Source of the DNA: Ginkgo biloba
Lineage: Eukaryota; Plantae; Ginkgophyta
DNA: 20,194 nucleotides
Direction: 5' to 3'
Assembly (NCBI GenBank): GCA_024626585.2
Contig: JANKJI020000002.1
Location: 5,406,023-5,426,216, forward strand
Under the pieces are notes generated by a model. That model was not told where the DNA came from and searched no databases. It saw nothing but the letters and a program-made list of their open reading frames with translations. Below are positions 18,030-20,194 of this stretch, one piece after another. The position numbers and the translations under genes were made by a program. The first letter of the stretch is position 1, and each line of letters opens with the position of its first letter.

Positions 18030-20194
18030 AACAAACTCCATCTTGGTATTTGTATGTGCATCCCAAGCTATTGGAAGACCCAAAGATTCTTCTCTTCTTG
18101 CTTCTTAGCCTTGGGTGAAAAGAGGTGAGCCACTACTTGCAGTTGCTAGTTAAGTTGCTCTTATCTCCTAGTTGAGATCAAGCATAACATGAATCCTTGA
18201 AGAGGATGACTCTTCACTTGAAACATAGAAATCAAGTGACACCCATCTACTTAACCTTCAATCTTGCATTCTCTACTCCTTGGGTGCCTTGAAAGTTGTC
18301 ATGGACTCTCAATTTGTGGAAAAATCTTCTCTTAAGCAAGATTGATCTACTTTCACTCTCTCTCTCCCTTTATTGATAAGATAAAACAGTATGCTTTTAA
18401 CTTGGAATGATACAAAATTGAACGGACACCAAACTTGCTCTTTGCTTCTTGTCAAATCTCCAATCCAAGCACGTTCAATGTTGAGAGCATGAAGCCAAGC
18501 TTCTTTTATATAGAAGTGAGAAAGAGAAGTTTTGTGTTCAAGATAAGTCTTCTTGTCTAGATTCACCTGCTTTATAATATCAAATCATCCTTCTTGATTT
18601 TTAGATTTGAGGTCTTCCTTATTGCATCACATTTTGTATCATTAGTGCTCCTTGTTGNNNNNNNNNNNNNNNNNNNNNNNNNNNNNNNNNNNNNNNNNNN
18701 NNNNNNNNNNNNNNNNNNNNNNNNAAATTGATTTGAAAATCTTTGTCGATGGCTCTCTGTAAGACATTCAACCACTTCAAATGAAAACTTGTAGCTTGGT
18801 ATGCTCGAATGCTTGATATGAGGTATATGTGTTCATAGAAATTGGGTTCGTGTAACAACTCCACTATTTGTACCTACAAGGAAACCATGCTCAACAACAT
18901 ACATTAAAGAATTAGGGTTCATAATGTAATCTTGTACACACAAAAAGGAACACACATAGGGATGCTAGTCTATGGACAACAACATAATGGTACAACATCT
19001 GTCATTGACCTTTGGGAAGACCTTAAGAGTGTATTGTGTTGGTAGTCAAACCTTTGATTGCATCTATGTATAACTGTTAGTGCCCAACAACTATGATTGT
19101 TCTATTAGACTCCATCCGTTCACCCAAATTCAATAATGGTTATGGGCCTTAGATATTCTTTCAACCCTTTTTTCCATCGAGAGTNNNNNNNNNNNNNNNN
19201 NNNNNNNNNNNNNNNNNNNNNNNNNNNNNNNNNNNNNNNNNNNNNNNNNNNNNNNNNNNNNNNNNNNNNNNNNNNNNNNNNNNNNNNNNNNNNNNNNTGT
19301 GTATCCTTTCAACTCAATAGCCACCATAAAACGCATATATGTCAACCATAGGGACAACATTTTAGTGAGTTTCCTTTCAAATTGATAGCCATACATATTA
19401 TTGGGTATTCTTTCAACCGTTTTTCTAACTTACAATAAATAGTCCCTAAAAATACAAAAATAACTTGGCATGATTTCTTGCAATGGACATCCACTACTCC
19501 TTATGCCACCCTACGATCAAGACCTAGGGCTTAACAAAGGATAGGGAATAATCCAACAAGCATGCATTATGACAAGTTTTCTAAATCAAAGAACATGCAA
19601 TTCAATGATATCAAGCCATAAAACACCCTGGAATACATCTAGAGAGACGCTCTACCTCAAGCATTCTTTCCATGCCTTTTTAATGGCAAAAATAGATGAA
19701 ATAATGCATAAGACCCAAGAGAATGTTAAGTAGTTAGGGCTTTATCAGTATTTATACTATTAGGGTTGACCTACTTGATGAAACCCTTAAATGTCGAGAC
19801 GTCCTCGCATGCAACTAGCTAGAATCTTCCACAAATTCTTCTAAAACTATAGTGCTTCAAAATCATCCACAAATCGGTACCAAATCACCTCTCGAGAAGG
19901 GTCCTCCACTCCAAGTAGGATTGCATCACCCTCCCAAGGCTNNNNNNNNNNNNNNNNTCTCTAGCACCCCAACTTGGCCAAAAATTGAAGCCAAAGAAAG
20001 ATGTCTAGCTAGAAAGTACTCTCTCTTCCTTCAAGCCAAAATTCAATCTTATGAGGTGTCTTCTCATACAAAATGTAGCAACTATGAAATCTAATTTTTC
20101 TCTCCAAAAGGCCAAAAATTGCCAAGCCAAACCTTGGCCTTCCATAAATAGAAAAATAGATGTCCTAGATTCTTCTATGGGTTAGTTAGCCTCA
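18030..20194. mobile_element. Non-coding, probably LTR/UTR-derived repetitive DNA
   Basis: No recognisable protein motif. A minus-strand CTATATAAAAG lies near 18503-18513 and TATTCTTTCAACC recurs near 19154 and 19407. The assignment rests on general resemblance only. Confidence 0.25.

Overview
AT-rich, CpG-depleted eukaryotic DNA from a gappy draft scaffold; several gaps are exactly 100 N and probably of unknown size. The repeat content looks like a large land-plant genome, possibly a gymnosperm (inference). Most of the window is decayed transposon debris: a Ty3/gypsy gag remnant, Ty1/copia integrase and RNase H/PPT remnants, LINE remnants, LTR-like DNA and a probable Helitron 3' end rebuilt as a 27-bp fold-back hairpin. 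The ORF track almost entirely misses the main signal. Seven small + strand GT-AG exon candidates (5579-5619, 5918-5950, 6016-6076, 12483-12572, 14416-14465, 14601-14637, 14828-14929) splice in frame into a stop-free 138-aa N-terminal protein segment whose family I cannot recognise. A CpG-rich promoter/first-exon candidate lies at about 3.3-3.6 kb. I found no rRNA, tRNA, CRISPR array or intact transposon ORF, and no firm evidence of a wholly new biological system. The unidentified gene and the Helitron-end fold-back are the best leads.
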